From Patescibacteria group bacterium (lineage in GTDB: Bacteria; Patescibacteriota; Minisyncoccia; Phycocordibacterales; UBA9973), in contig JBBTUV010000002.1 in NCBI GenBank assembly GCA_038063535.1, positions 4,723 through 68,722 of the forward strand: a stretch of 64,000 nt of DNA, written 5' to 3'. Shown here one piece after another: positions 51,551 through 60,476 of the stretch; the stretch's first letter is position 1, and each line of letters opens with the position of its first letter. The position numbers and the translations under genes are program-made. Under the pieces are notes generated by a model that saw only the letters and a program-made list of their open reading frames with translations, was not told where the DNA came from and made no database searches.

Positions 51551-52540
51551 ATGCAAACAAACTCGGATAATTCCTTGGGGTTTCAATCGCTCTCCGGAAT
51601 CCTCATCACCGCCGGATTTCTCCTTGCTATCGCCCTTTATGCTTTTTTCCATTGGCAGGAGACACTCGAGCTCTTCGGCCTACTTCGGAGAGCAGACACC
51701 GGCTGGATGATACTCGCGATCCTTACCCAAATTCCCACTTATATTTTCGCTGGTATTGTCTGGGACCTCTCGGCACGCGCCCTCAACTATAGCCTGACCT
51801 TGAAATCTCTGACCGAGCTTGCGATCGAGCAGCTGGCAGTAGGCCAGATCATTCCTTCCGGAGGCCTGGCAGGAAATATCATCGTCATCCGCGCGATGAA
51901 ACGCTTCGGCCTCCCCACCACTCTGGCGATCGAGATTTTTTTCATCGAGACTCTTTCTTTCTACATTGCTTACGCCCTGGTCGCACTTGTATCGATTCTA
52001 ATCCTCTGGTGGCACAACGATATCACTTCTCTTATTTCAACCCTAGTCTCCATATTCTTTGCGATCCAGGTCACGCTTTCATTCCTCATCTACGCGGCGG
52101 TCAACCACAAAAACTGGCGAGTGCTCTTATGGCTCAAGGAAAAAAAATTCTTGCCGAAATTGTTCGGGGTAATTGAAAATATATCAAAAGACAGGGTATT
52201 CTCCGGGCGTCTCTTATTTGAAACTTCCCTTTTCCGCTTGGGGGTCTTCGCGCTCGATACGCTTACGCTTTTTGCCATATTGCGCGCGATCGGTGCCTCC
52301 GCGAGCCTGACCACCGCTTTCGTGGCCTTGGTGATCGCTTCGATTGCCGGTACTGTGGTGCTTTTGCCGGGAGGAATCGGCGGCTATGAGGCGGCCTCAA
52401 TTCTGATCTTGAACCTCTTCGGAGTTCCGGTCGGCTCCGCCATCGCAGCCACGGCAATACTGCGCGGCCTTACCCTTTGGCTGCCGCTTATCCCGGGGAT
52501 AATCCTCGCCCGGCAGGATCTCGGAATATCAAAAAAATAG
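51551..52540 (+). CDS. Flippase-like polytopic membrane protein (UPF0104 / LPG-synthase-TM family)
   Basis: 8 predicted TM helices with LLPGGIGGYEAASILIL near the C-terminus, the PgGlGv.E family motif. Confidence 0.5.
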   Translation: MQTNSDNSLGFQSLSGILITAGFLLAIALYAFFHWQETLELFGLLRRADTGWMILAILTQIPTYIFAGIVWDLSARALNYSLTLKSLTELAIEQLAVGQIIPSGGLAGNIIVIRAMKRFGLPTTLAIEIFFIETLSFYIAYALVALVSILILWWHNDITSLISTLVSIFFAIQVTLSFLIYAAVNHKNWRVLLWLKEKKFLPKLFGVIENISKDRVFSGRLLFETSLFRLGVFALDTLTLFAILRAIGASASLTTAFVALVIASIAGTVVLLPGGIGGYEAASILILNLFGVPVGSAIAATAILRGLTLWLPLIPGIILARQDLGISKK

Positions 52541-52546
52541 AATCTT

Positions 52547-52984
52547 CTAGATACGATGATTGTGGACTTTTTTCTCCAGGTCGGTGACTTTATGCTCTAG
52601 ATTCACGATTGAGTCGCGAATATCAGAAACGGCGCGGATTTCGGTTTCAACTTCGGTTTCGGTTTTTTCGGTCAAGCGCTTCTCGCCGCGCAGCCCCGAG
52701 AGAATAAGTTCGTTCCCGATGAAGCTCGAAATGAAGGAGCCGGTGAAGTATAAAATGATAACGCCAACTAAAAGCGAAAGCGGGCCGTCCCACCATGGTG
52801 ATATTGTTGCATCAATGGTCGAAGTCCCGAGGTAAGAGTACCAGTCATGTAGCCGATCTGCCGTATGCCACACTCCCCTCCAGAAAAGCACAACCCCTAC
52901 CCCCACCACCATGGCATAGAGCTTCGGCCGATGGCTCAAATAGACCGTCAATTTTTTCTCAAGTGTGTCCGCCCAGGTTTTCAT
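52547..52984 (-). CDS. Small membrane protein with a C-terminal coiled coil, hypothetical
   Basis: Two TM helices (LYAMVVGVGVVLFW, LSLLVGVIILYFTGSFI) and then a charged heptad tail. Confidence 0.4.
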   Translation of the reverse strand: MKTWADTLEKKLTVYLSHRPKLYAMVVGVGVVLFWRGVWHTADRLHDWYSYLGTSTIDATISPWWDGPLSLLVGVIILYFTGSFISSFIGNELILSGLRGEKRLTEKTETEVETEIRAVSDIRDSIVNLEHKVTDLEKKVHNHRI

Positions 52985-53057
52985 AATATTAATTTACCAT
53001 AAAAAAAGTGAGGGCGCACGATTGGTCTTCGTACGCCGCTATCACTGGCTGGGATTT

Positions 53058-53288
53058 TCAGGCATTTTTTCCTTTCCTTTCTATGGCGGCTCTCACCGCA
53101 CGAATGGCGGCCAGCTGTTCCACCTTACTGGCCAGAAAAACCTCCCGGGGGAGCTGAAGCGGAAACCCCGTCTCCGCCTCCCAGTGCTCGGGGTTCTTCC
53201 CGGAGCATAGGTCCTTGACCCTGCGACTGAGAGCCGCGAGGTCGGGATAGTTGCTATAATAAGCAACCAACCGTTCGACGGTACTCAT
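53058..53288 (-). CDS. Small hypothetical protein (76 aa)
   Basis: ORF only. Weak. Confidence 0.25.
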   Translation of the reverse strand: MSTVERLVAYYSNYPDLAALSRRVKDLCSGKNPEHWEAETGFPLQLPREVFLASKVEQLAAIRAVRAAIERKGKNA

Positions 53289-53369
53289 ATTTTTGCGCCT
53301 CCTGGCGCGATTGGGGAAAACGGAACTTCGCCTTCAACTTCAATATAGAAAAAAGAGGCGTTTTGTCAA

Positions 53370-53870
53370 TCAATATTCAATGATGATCGGAAAAGAGATG
53401 GAAGCATCATGCTCCGGCAGGCCGGAGGCGTTATCTTTCTCAAGGACCAGGGTTGCCGGGCCGATGTAGGAAGCGGGCACTGCCAGGTCGCCCTTGAAAG
53501 GCACGAACTCGCTTGTCATCCACTCACCTTGCGCCTCGGCATAGTGTTCAGCCAAAACTTTGCCATCCTTATCCAAAACTTTCAGAGGAAAACTCGCTTC
53601 GAAAAACCAATTCCCCCTCGCCCGGCCAAGAACGGAGAATTCCTTACCCACTACCGCGCCGGGAAAGGGCAGCTCCACTTCTATCAGGTCCGCCGAAGCG
53701 TTCGCGTAAGTCACGACTTCTACCTTGCCTGGCGCTTCGGGAGAAATCGCCGCTGGCACTGGAGGCGGATTGCTACCGCTTGCATCGCGCGAATTTTGCT
53801 TATCGATGTAACGGGTAATGAGAATCGCCGCGATGAAGAAGACGATGATAATTATTATGTTTCTTTTCAC
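53370..53870 (-). CDS. Gmad2 immunoglobulin-like domain protein, membrane-anchored
   Basis: N-terminal TM IIIIIVFFIAAILI. The C-terminal beta domain carries GNWFFEASFPLKVLDKDGKVLAEHYAEAQGEWMTSEFVPF, typical of the Gmad2 (spore-germination Ig-like) family. GTG start preceded by TGcTAAAAT 7 nt upstream. Confidence 0.5.
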   Translation of the reverse strand: MKRNIIIIIVFFIAAILITRYIDKQNSRDASGSNPPPVPAAISPEAPGKVEVVTYANASADLIEVELPFPGAVVGKEFSVLGRARGNWFFEASFPLKVLDKDGKVLAEHYAEAQGEWMTSEFVPFKGDLAVPASYIGPATLVLEKDNASGLPEHDASISFPIIIEY

Positions 53871-53908
53871 GAGTTCTATTTTAGCACATTTCTTGTATAA
53901 TGAAGTGT

Positions 53909-54703
53909 ATGAAGCTCAAGCTTGGGATCATCGCGCTCATCTTTTTAGCAGCGGTTCCGATTTCTATAGTCATATACTATCGCCTTGACCCTGAGCTACT
54001 TGCAAAAATCTCTTTCTACCTCGACCTTGCCAATCCGTCCGTCCGGATAGTAAAGCTCACTGAAGGCCTGCGGAAGGAAGAGGTAGCTGATCTACTTTCC
54101 CAAAAACTCGACTGGAGCGAGGGCGATAAACTCGCCTTTCTTGAGTTCTCCCGTGGAACCAAAAATCCGGAGGGGCAATATTTTCCGAAAACTTATTTAA
54201 TCCACAAGGACGAGGAGCCGGCTAAGGTCGGCGACCTCATGTTCACCGAATACCGGAGGGCGGTGGAGAAGGCAAAGCCGAAGAGCGCCAGCGCCAGCGT
54301 GCTCAACGAGGAGAACGTGCTCAAGATCGCCTCGCTCATCCAGCGCGAAGCGGCCGGTAAGGGCGATATGGCGCTCATCTCCGGAATCCTTTGGAACCGG
54401 GTCTGGAGCGAGATGAAACTGCAGGTGGATGCCACGCTCCAGTACGCGAAGGGCTCTGAAGAAAACGATTGGTGGCCTTCGGTTTCAGGGAAGGACCGGA
54501 AAATAAAATCGCCGTATAACACTTATCTCCACGACGGCCTGCCGCCCACGCCTATCTCAAACCCAGGTACTGCCGCGATCTATGCCGCCTATCACCCGGC
54601 GAAGACCAGTTGCCTCTTTTTCCTGCACGACAAAAACCGGCAGATCCACTGCACGAAAACTTACGAAGAGCATAAGAAAAATATTGAGAGATACTTGAAA
54701 TGA
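53909..54703 (+). CDS. mltG: Endolytic murein transglycosylase MltG (YceG-like)
   Basis: N-terminal TM, EGQYFPKTYLI, and SPYNTYLHDGLPPTPISNPG motifs. Start taken at M4 (53909) because the ORF-track start overlaps a TATAAT box at 53896..53901. Confidence 0.8.
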   Translation: MKLKLGIIALIFLAAVPISIVIYYRLDPELLAKISFYLDLANPSVRIVKLTEGLRKEEVADLLSQKLDWSEGDKLAFLEFSRGTKNPEGQYFPKTYLIHKDEEPAKVGDLMFTEYRRAVEKAKPKSASASVLNEENVLKIASLIQREAAGKGDMALISGILWNRVWSEMKLQVDATLQYAKGSEENDWWPSVSGKDRKIKSPYNTYLHDGLPPTPISNPGTAAIYAAYHPAKTSCLFFLHDKNRQIHCTKTYEEHKKNIERYLK

Positions 54704-54739
54704 GTTATAATATATCTGTTATTAAGTAACCAAAGAAAC

Positions 54740-55219
54740 ATGAAATATTTAATCGGCATTGTTATTTTAGCAATTTTGGGCGTAGGAATTTATTCGACTT
54801 CAAATAAAGAGAACGAGGTGGCCGCACCGGGGCCGGCTCCGGCGGAAGAAATTTCGGAAGAAGAGGAGAGCACACCAACGGAAACTCCGACACAGGGATC
54901 GCCTACTGAGCCGGGGAGCTACGAGCCGTACTCGCCGGAGAAGCTCGCTCGTGCGGAGAGTGGCGATGTGGTACTTTTCTTCCGCGCGTCTTGGTGCCCG
55001 ACATGTCGGGCACTCGACGCGAATATCCGCACGAATTCTGGCAGCATTCCCGGGGCAGTGACAGTTCTTGATGTCGATTACGACAACTCGACCGAGCTCA
55101 AGCAGAAATACGGCGTCACCTACCAGCACACATTGGTGCAAGTGGATGCCTCTGGCAACCTGATCGCAAAGTGGCAGGGCTCCCCCACTCTCTCTGACTT
55201 GGTTTCAAAAATTCGGTAG
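54740..55219 (+). CDS. Membrane-anchored thioredoxin-fold thiol:disulfide oxidoreductase (TlpA/ResA-like)
   Basis: N-terminal TM, Pro/Glu-rich linker, then VVLFFRASWCPTCRALD (WCPTC active site). Confidence 0.7.
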   Translation: MKYLIGIVILAILGVGIYSTSNKENEVAAPGPAPAEEISEEEESTPTETPTQGSPTEPGSYEPYSPEKLARAESGDVVLFFRASWCPTCRALDANIRTNSGSIPGAVTVLDVDYDNSTELKQKYGVTYQHTLVQVDASGNLIAKWQGSPTLSDLVSKIR

Positions 55220-55945
55220 ATGACGTTGCTGGCAATATCTTTCGTTGCCGGAGCGCTCACAGTGCTTGCGCCCTGTATCTTGCCGCTTCTTCCGGTCATT
55301 CTCGGCACTTCCGCAGCCGGGAGGAGTCGCGCCACGCCATACGTAGTGGTCGGGTCGCTCGCGCTCTCTATTATCTTCTTCACCTACCTACTTAAGGCAA
55401 CCACCGCCCTCATCATGGTTCCGCCGGAATTCTGGACATACCTATCCGGCGGAATTTTGTTACTCTTCGGACTTACCCTGCTTTTCCCCGGCCTATGGGA
55501 GAACCTGCCGGGGCTGGCTCGACTGTCATCGGGATCGAACAAGCTTCTGGGTGAAGGTTATCAGAAGAAAACCCTCTGGGGCGACGCGCTGGTCGGCGCC
55601 GCGCTCGGCCCGATTTTCTCAACCTGCTCGCCAACTTACTTCGTCATTTTGGCTTCGGTCCTCCCGGCAAGTTTTTTCCTGGGGAGCGTTTACCTTCTCG
55701 CCTATGTCCTCGGTCTCTCCCTGGTCCTTCTCTTAATCGCGAAGCTCGGCGAGCACTTCGCAGGGAAACTCGCCGACATCTCCAATCCTAGGAGCTCTTT
55801 TAAGCGCGGGCTCGGCATTCTTTTTCTTCTCCTTGGAATTCTTATCGCGACCGGCTACGAGAAGAAGCTGGAGACGAAGATTCTCGATAGTGGCTACTTC
55901 GATATCACAAAAATAGAAAATAAACTGCTTGAAGGTATCAAATAG
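55220..55945 (+). CDS. ccdA: Cytochrome c-type biogenesis / disulfide-bond reductant transporter CcdA (DsbD TM domain)
   Basis: TVLAPCILPLLPVILG and PIFSTCSPTYFVIL, the two conserved Cys-containing TM motifs of CcdA. Start adjacent to the thioredoxin gene stop. Confidence 0.7.
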   Translation: MTLLAISFVAGALTVLAPCILPLLPVILGTSAAGRSRATPYVVVGSLALSIIFFTYLLKATTALIMVPPEFWTYLSGGILLLFGLTLLFPGLWENLPGLARLSSGSNKLLGEGYQKKTLWGDALVGAALGPIFSTCSPTYFVILASVLPASFFLGSVYLLAYVLGLSLVLLLIAKLGEHFAGKLADISNPRSSFKRGLGILFLLLGILIATGYEKKLETKILDSGYFDITKIENKLLEGIK

Positions 55946-56097
55946 GTATTGGGCTCCCAATGCTGGATGCGTTCAGAACCCTAGATTGGACCAACATTAA
56001 GGAAGAACTGCAATTCAGCAATATTCTTGATTGGAAACAACTAGCCCCTAGTTTAGCGTAAAAACTTGATTATGGCTAGGTTGAATCCGAATCGTAA

Positions 56098-56126
56098 TTG
56101 AATAAAAAATAAGATTAAGTTATAAT
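56098..56126 (+). promoter_or_regulatory. Candidate promoter TTGAAT-N17-TATAAT upstream of tRNA-Ile
   Basis: aaTTGAATaaaaaataagattaagtTATAATgcc, about 85 nt upstream of the tRNA. Confidence 0.35.
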
Positions 56127-56210
56127 GCCACTAATGAAAGTCCGAGAATTAAAAGGAATAAAGGGTTTCAATCCCATTATCTAGGGAGTTTTATACTCCC
56201 GCCTTTTTAT

Positions 56211-56283
56211 AGTCGGATAGCTCAGCTAGTAGAGCATTCCCCTGATACGGGAACGGTCGCAGGTGCAAATCCTGCTCCGACTA
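56211..56283 (+). tRNA. tRNA-Ile (anticodon GAU), no encoded CCA
   Basis: Manual cloverleaf: acceptor AGUCGGA/UCCGACU, D-arm GCUC-AGCUAGUA-GAGC, anticodon arm UUCCC-CUGAUAC-GGGAA, variable CGGUC, T-arm GCAGG-UGCAAAU-CCUGC, discriminator A. The T-loop has G at position 55. Confidence 0.75.
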
Positions 56284-56331
56284 CTAATATTCTTTTATAC
56301 TTACCACTCCAATGTTTATTCATACATAAAG

Positions 56332-56403
56332 TGCCCTTGAGAGGAATCGGACCTCTACCTTCTCGTTAGAACCAAGAAATTCTATCCATTAAACTACAAG
56401 GGC
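56332..56403 (-). tRNA. tRNA-Arg (anticodon UCU), no encoded CCA
   Basis: Reverse complement gcccttgtagtttaatggatagaatttcttggttctaacgagaaggtagaggtccgattcctctcaagggca. Perfect 7-bp acceptor stem, D-loop with GG, anticodon arm UCUUG-GUUCUAA-CGAGA, T-arm AGAGG-UCCGAUU-CCUCU. G at position 32 and C at position 55 are non-canonical. Confidence 0.65.
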
Positions 56404-56426
56404 AAAAAGAAAATCAAGAATGGATC

Positions 56427-56717
56427 TTAGTTTGCTCTTCTTCTCGTCATAATTATGGCAATAACTGGATTTGTGATTTTTTTAACTAATGCAATAATTA
56501 AGAAAAGATAGATGGGAATAGTTATTAGTAGATAGGTAAATGCTAAATCAGTTTTATCCTCGAATATTGATTTGATGTTGTATATAATTCCTCCTTCTGG
56601 ATATAGTGGCACTAAAACCAAGACATCAAGCACCCAAAAGGTAATCCAAATACCCGAAAGTATCCAATACCATTGTTTTACCTTCTTTATTATTTGGTCA
56701 TTTATCATATCTCTCAT
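56427..56717 (-). CDS. Small two- to three-TM membrane protein, hypothetical
   Basis: 96 aa: WYWILSGIWITFWVLDVLVLVPLY, LAFTYLLITIPIYLFLIIALV. Confidence 0.35.
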   Translation of the reverse strand: MRDMINDQIIKKVKQWYWILSGIWITFWVLDVLVLVPLYPEGGIIYNIKSIFEDKTDLAFTYLLITIPIYLFLIIALVKKITNPVIAIIMTRRRAN

Positions 56718-56899
56718 CTTACTACACTAGATTAAATAAAGTAAAGAATTGGGGGGGTATAAGGCAAATCCAAAAAATGAATTAGAAATGGTTAGACATT
56801 CCCGCACACACCTTAAAAATAAAGCCGGATTAGAACTAAAAAGGTATTAAATGGTATTGGTAGCTTGTTATGGAAAACATACCATACTATAATTAAGGT

Positions 56900-57370
56900 A
56901 TGAAAAAGAATCTTCAGTTATTGGCTTATCTAGCTAAAGGACATCCTGAAGCCTCTATTACTGTGCTAATTAAACTATGCTACTTAGCTGATTTAATTAG
57001 TCTTAAGAGATTTAAAAAGAAAATCTCAACTTTTGAATATATAAGATATTATTTCGGTCCTTTTGATCCTGAGGTTTACGGTGATTTAGAATCTTTAGTA
57101 AAGGATGGGGTTTTAATTGCAACACCCGAATATACGCAAAAGGGGGCTGAGGCAATTATTTATCATTTCAATGAGACAAAAGACTTGAACATTAAAGATA
57201 TATCAAAAGAGGATAAGGTTATTCTGGACGAGCTTTTAGAATCAGTCCGAGGTTATGGAGCAAAAACTCTTACGGAAATTACATATAATACCAAACCAAT
57301 GAAAGCTCTTGGGGCAACTCTTGGAGGTAATGAAAATCTAGGAAAGGAGCTTAATTTAACTACTGCTTAG
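56900..57370 (+). CDS. Panacea-domain (DUF4065, SocA-like) putative antitoxin
   Basis: LQLLAYLAKGHPEASITVLIKLCYLADLISLKRFKKKISTFEYIRYYFGPFDPEVY follows the DUF4065 pattern (KL.YLAD ... Y....YGPf...vY). Preceded by TATAAT and aagg. Confidence 0.55.
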   Translation: MKKNLQLLAYLAKGHPEASITVLIKLCYLADLISLKRFKKKISTFEYIRYYFGPFDPEVYGDLESLVKDGVLIATPEYTQKGAEAIIYHFNETKDLNIKDISKEDKVILDELLESVRGYGAKTLTEITYNTKPMKALGATLGGNENLGKELNLTTA

Positions 57371-57382
57371 TTGTATGCTGTT

Positions 57383-57898
57383 ATGGAAATGCCAGACGGC
57401 ATATTGTTAAAAAACATAAATTTACGTAATGCTTTTTTAGATAGAAAATCTATAGAAGCAAATACTGGCAAAATTAAAGCTAAATACAAGCTTTTGACAT
57501 TTAAGGATCTTATACTTAGAGATCTTGGGGTTTTTGTTTTTCATATATTGACCACGGGCAAGGACTCATATATAAAAGAAAAAACGATGGATATTTTTCT
57601 TGCGGACTGGGAATATAGGGATGGGACACATTTAAATTCGGAATGTTCTAAGTTATGTAGTCAAAAAGTGGATATTATAAATAAAGAGGTATTACTAGAA
57701 AAAATCCGAGATACAAATAATAGATTTCCGCATACTGGCACACTTAGTCAAATAAAATTTAATGAGATTTTAAAATTCATTAGAGAAGATTTTGAGAAAA
57801 CAGATTTAAAAACGGATTTTGATGTAAAAGAGATTATTAACTCTATGTTTGACAAGAAGCAAGTGGCAAAAAATATTCTTGATAAGTTTGGGCTATAG
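57383..57898 (+). CDS. Uncharacterised 171-aa protein immediately downstream of the Panacea gene; candidate toxin partner (PanT-like)
   Basis: Starts 12 nt after the Panacea gene stop and is co-oriented. No recognisable motif. No TM. Confidence 0.4.
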   Translation: MEMPDGILLKNINLRNAFLDRKSIEANTGKIKAKYKLLTFKDLILRDLGVFVFHILTTGKDSYIKEKTMDIFLADWEYRDGTHLNSECSKLCSQKVDIINKEVLLEKIRDTNNRFPHTGTLSQIKFNEILKFIREDFEKTDLKTDFDVKEIINSMFDKKQVAKNILDKFGL

Positions 57899-58024
57899 TT
57901 CTTTCCAAATTTCAAAGGCTTCGGCTGGATCAAGATCCCATTCTTCAGCAAAAGCTTGAAGCTCCTTTGCTTCTTCAGGGCTTAGGTCGTTGTCTTTTGC
58001 TATCTCAAATGTTTCCTCATCCAT
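57893..58024 (-). CDS. Tiny acidic ORF (43 aa), hypothetical
   Basis: Reverse-complement translation MDEETFEIAKDNDLSPEEAKELQAFAEEWDLDPAEAFEIWKEL. Begins 2 nt after the stop of the 35-aa membrane ORF. Below the ORF-track size cutoff. Weak. Confidence 0.2.
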   Translation of the reverse strand: MDEETFEIAKDNDLSPEEAKELQAFAEEWDLDPAEAFEIWKEL

Positions 58025-58026
58025 AT

Positions 58027-58134
58027 CTAATTACTAAATTTCTCTAATAAAAAAACAATTAAAATAAGAAGTCCGGCTATTAGCCAAAACTTGGGGTCTT
58101 TATAATTCTTTGTGTCAAATCCCTTATATCTCAT
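58027..58134 (-). CDS. Tiny membrane peptide ORF (35 aa), hypothetical
   Basis: Reverse-complement translation MRYKGFDTKNYKDPKFWLIAGLLILIVFLLEKFSN. Lies about 30 nt downstream of res. Weak. Confidence 0.2.
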   Translation of the reverse strand: MRYKGFDTKNYKDPKFWLIAGLLILIVFLLEKFSN

Positions 58135-58164
58135 AACATCTTTTAATGCTTTTTATAATTTTCT

Positions 58165-60474
58165 CTATAAAGATTTCCATTTCCCATTTTCATAATCATA
58201 TTTTTTATCTTGGTTTAATGTCCAAATTCTGTTTTCATTATCTGATTTAGATATACCACCAAATAGTCTGTCTGCCTTATTTTCTTTAATATAGACCTGT
58301 AGTGCCTCAGCTTTCAATTTAGTATCACTGCTTGTAGCTGTTTGCCCTCCCTTAGTATCAAAAATGCCCGTCCTGCCGTCTTTGTAGTGGACAATGAAGT
58401 CTGCGTAGAAAGTGGCAGGTTTTTCCTTTTCGTCATTGTAGGGTATGCCTAGATATATTTCATTTTTAGCATCTCCATTTTTAAACCACCAAGCAATATT
58501 TTTGTTCTTCTCAAGATAGTTTTCAATAAAACCCATTTCAGTTTTCCATTTAGGGGACACATAGGTTGGGACCATTACACACCGCTTATAATTTTTTACA
58601 ACGGTATTTTTAGAGTAGTAATCTTCTTTAGGAACGTTCCATTTAGGTATTTCTTTATATTTCTTTTCTACCTTGCCTCTATATTTTGCGTATTTTTTTA
58701 TAGAATCCTGAATTATACTTTGAGAAAACCCCATATTAGTTAAAATAACTTTCTGAACATAAAGTTTGTCTATACTTTTAATTCCAAGATATTTTTCAAA
58801 AATCTGATATATTGCAACTCGTATTTTATCAAAGGATCTTGCTTGTTGGAACTCACCACAATTCTTCTTGAGAAAAGCAATAAACTTTCGTTCTACTTCT
58901 TCATCATCCATTTTTACTTTGTTTTTTTCTTCTGCCTTTATATTTTGATTTTCTTTATCTATGTCTTTTATAAGACCGTCAACGATCATTTTTTCTTCAA
59001 TTCTTTTAATATCAAGGAGCAGGCTAGTTCCGTCAGCACTCTTAAACTTTTTTAAAAGATTAAGGTTATTTCTTGCTTCTTTTTCATTTAACTTACCGCC
59101 AATTTTGTCTATAAATTCATCAAAGAAGTATTTTCTATAATCAAGCATAAGGTCATTGTATTCACCTCGCATAAGATAGACCGACTTTAGATCAATGTCT
59201 TTGTAGGACTTTATCCTTATTGCTTTTTTAACCTTAAGATATTCTAAGGCATCTTCTTCAATTTTAATTTCTTCAAGATTTGCATAGACATAAGCACGAT
59301 TTAAATCTTCTTCCTTGTAATGTTTAAACTCTGGCATTCTCATAATTCTACCGACTGTCTGTATTTCAAATATCTCACTCTTAGTCTGTCTAAATTTAAC
59401 TAATATGTGGGCTCTAGGACAATCCCAGCCAGTAGCTACAACTTGTTTAAAAATAAGAAAATCAACCCTACTGTTTAGTTTTTTAATATCTTCTAAATTT
59501 TCTTTATCATCACCTGTTAGCCATCGGGCAAGATTTTTATTCTTATAACTAAAACCCCTTTCGTCTAAGAATTTTTCAACCCAATCTCTTTTTTGTTTAT
59601 CTAAGGCACTTAGTTTTTCTCCTTCGTTTGGTAATTGGACAAGGACTAAAGGTCTTATTTTTGAACCCTCTTTTTTGTATAGTTTCTCTAATTCTTCTCG
59701 TTTTTTTAGTGCTTCTTCAAATATAATCTGATCACCACTTTTCTCACTTTTAAGGTCCTTAGACTTAATCTCAGGGTTAATAATAACCTCCTTTTTTATC
59801 ATCTGTGCATCTTTTACGGTCTGTAATTCAACATATTCTCCCTCTCTATCCCCATAAACATAACCACCGCCAATTTTGGGCGTTGCAGTCATATCTATTT
59901 GAAGGGCTGGTTTAATTATTTCCTCTATGATCTGAATCGTATTCGGTGTAATATTTAGATGACTTTCATCTACAATAAGGACAACTTTTCTGCCTTCGTC
60001 TTGAGTATTTTCACAAAACTTTCTAAGGTTTTTATCATACTCATTATCTTTCATAAATTTATTTATTGGATCACCTTTCTTTATGTCTTTGTCAGGATTG
60101 TCCTTTCCAGCCTTTGAAAAAATTTGCTCCCAGTTTATAAAAAGAACTTCATTTTCTTTTATTTCATTATCAAGAATATCCTCCAAAAATGACATCACTA
60201 TACCACCGCCTCCGATATTCTCTTCAAGACTATCTTTGCTTTGCTCTGCTAAAACACCTTTTGAAATCCATACGAAAGATAAATTGGACTCGCTCTCAAG
60301 GGCTAAGCGTTCAATGATACCAGACATCATAACTGTCTTACCCGATCCAGTCGGGGATCTGAAAAGAATCTTTTTAAAATTTACACCATCAAAAGACTTC
60401 AGAAACTTGTCTGCTTGTTCATAAATATTATCTACTGTTTCCTGTTGATATTTTTTAAAAGAAATGTTGTTCAT
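58165..60474 (-). CDS. res: Type III restriction enzyme Res subunit (SF2 helicase-nuclease)
   Basis: Walker A FRSPTGSGKTVMM, motif II VLIVDESH, helicase motif VATGWDCPR. Immediately downstream of, and translationally coupled to, the mod gene. Confidence 0.7.
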   Translation of the reverse strand: MNNISFKKYQQETVDNIYEQADKFLKSFDGVNFKKILFRSPTGSGKTVMMSGIIERLALESESNLSFVWISKGVLAEQSKDSLEENIGGGGIVMSFLEDILDNEIKENEVLFINWEQIFSKAGKDNPDKDIKKGDPINKFMKDNEYDKNLRKFCENTQDEGRKVVLIVDESHLNITPNTIQIIEEIIKPALQIDMTATPKIGGGYVYGDREGEYVELQTVKDAQMIKKEVIINPEIKSKDLKSEKSGDQIIFEEALKKREELEKLYKKEGSKIRPLVLVQLPNEGEKLSALDKQKRDWVEKFLDERGFSYKNKNLARWLTGDDKENLEDIKKLNSRVDFLIFKQVVATGWDCPRAHILVKFRQTKSEIFEIQTVGRIMRMPEFKHYKEEDLNRAYVYANLEEIKIEEDALEYLKVKKAIRIKSYKDIDLKSVYLMRGEYNDLMLDYRKYFFDEFIDKIGGKLNEKEARNNLNLLKKFKSADGTSLLLDIKRIEEKMIVDGLIKDIDKENQNIKAEEKNKVKMDDEEVERKFIAFLKKNCGEFQQARSFDKIRVAIYQIFEKYLGIKSIDKLYVQKVILTNMGFSQSIIQDSIKKYAKYRGKVEKKYKEIPKWNVPKEDYYSKNTVVKNYKRCVMVPTYVSPKWKTEMGFIENYLEKNKNIAWWFKNGDAKNEIYLGIPYNDEKEKPATFYADFIVHYKDGRTGIFDTKGGQTATSSDTKLKAEALQVYIKENKADRLFGGISKSDNENRIWTLNQDKKYDYENGKWKSL

Positions 60475-60476
60475 AT

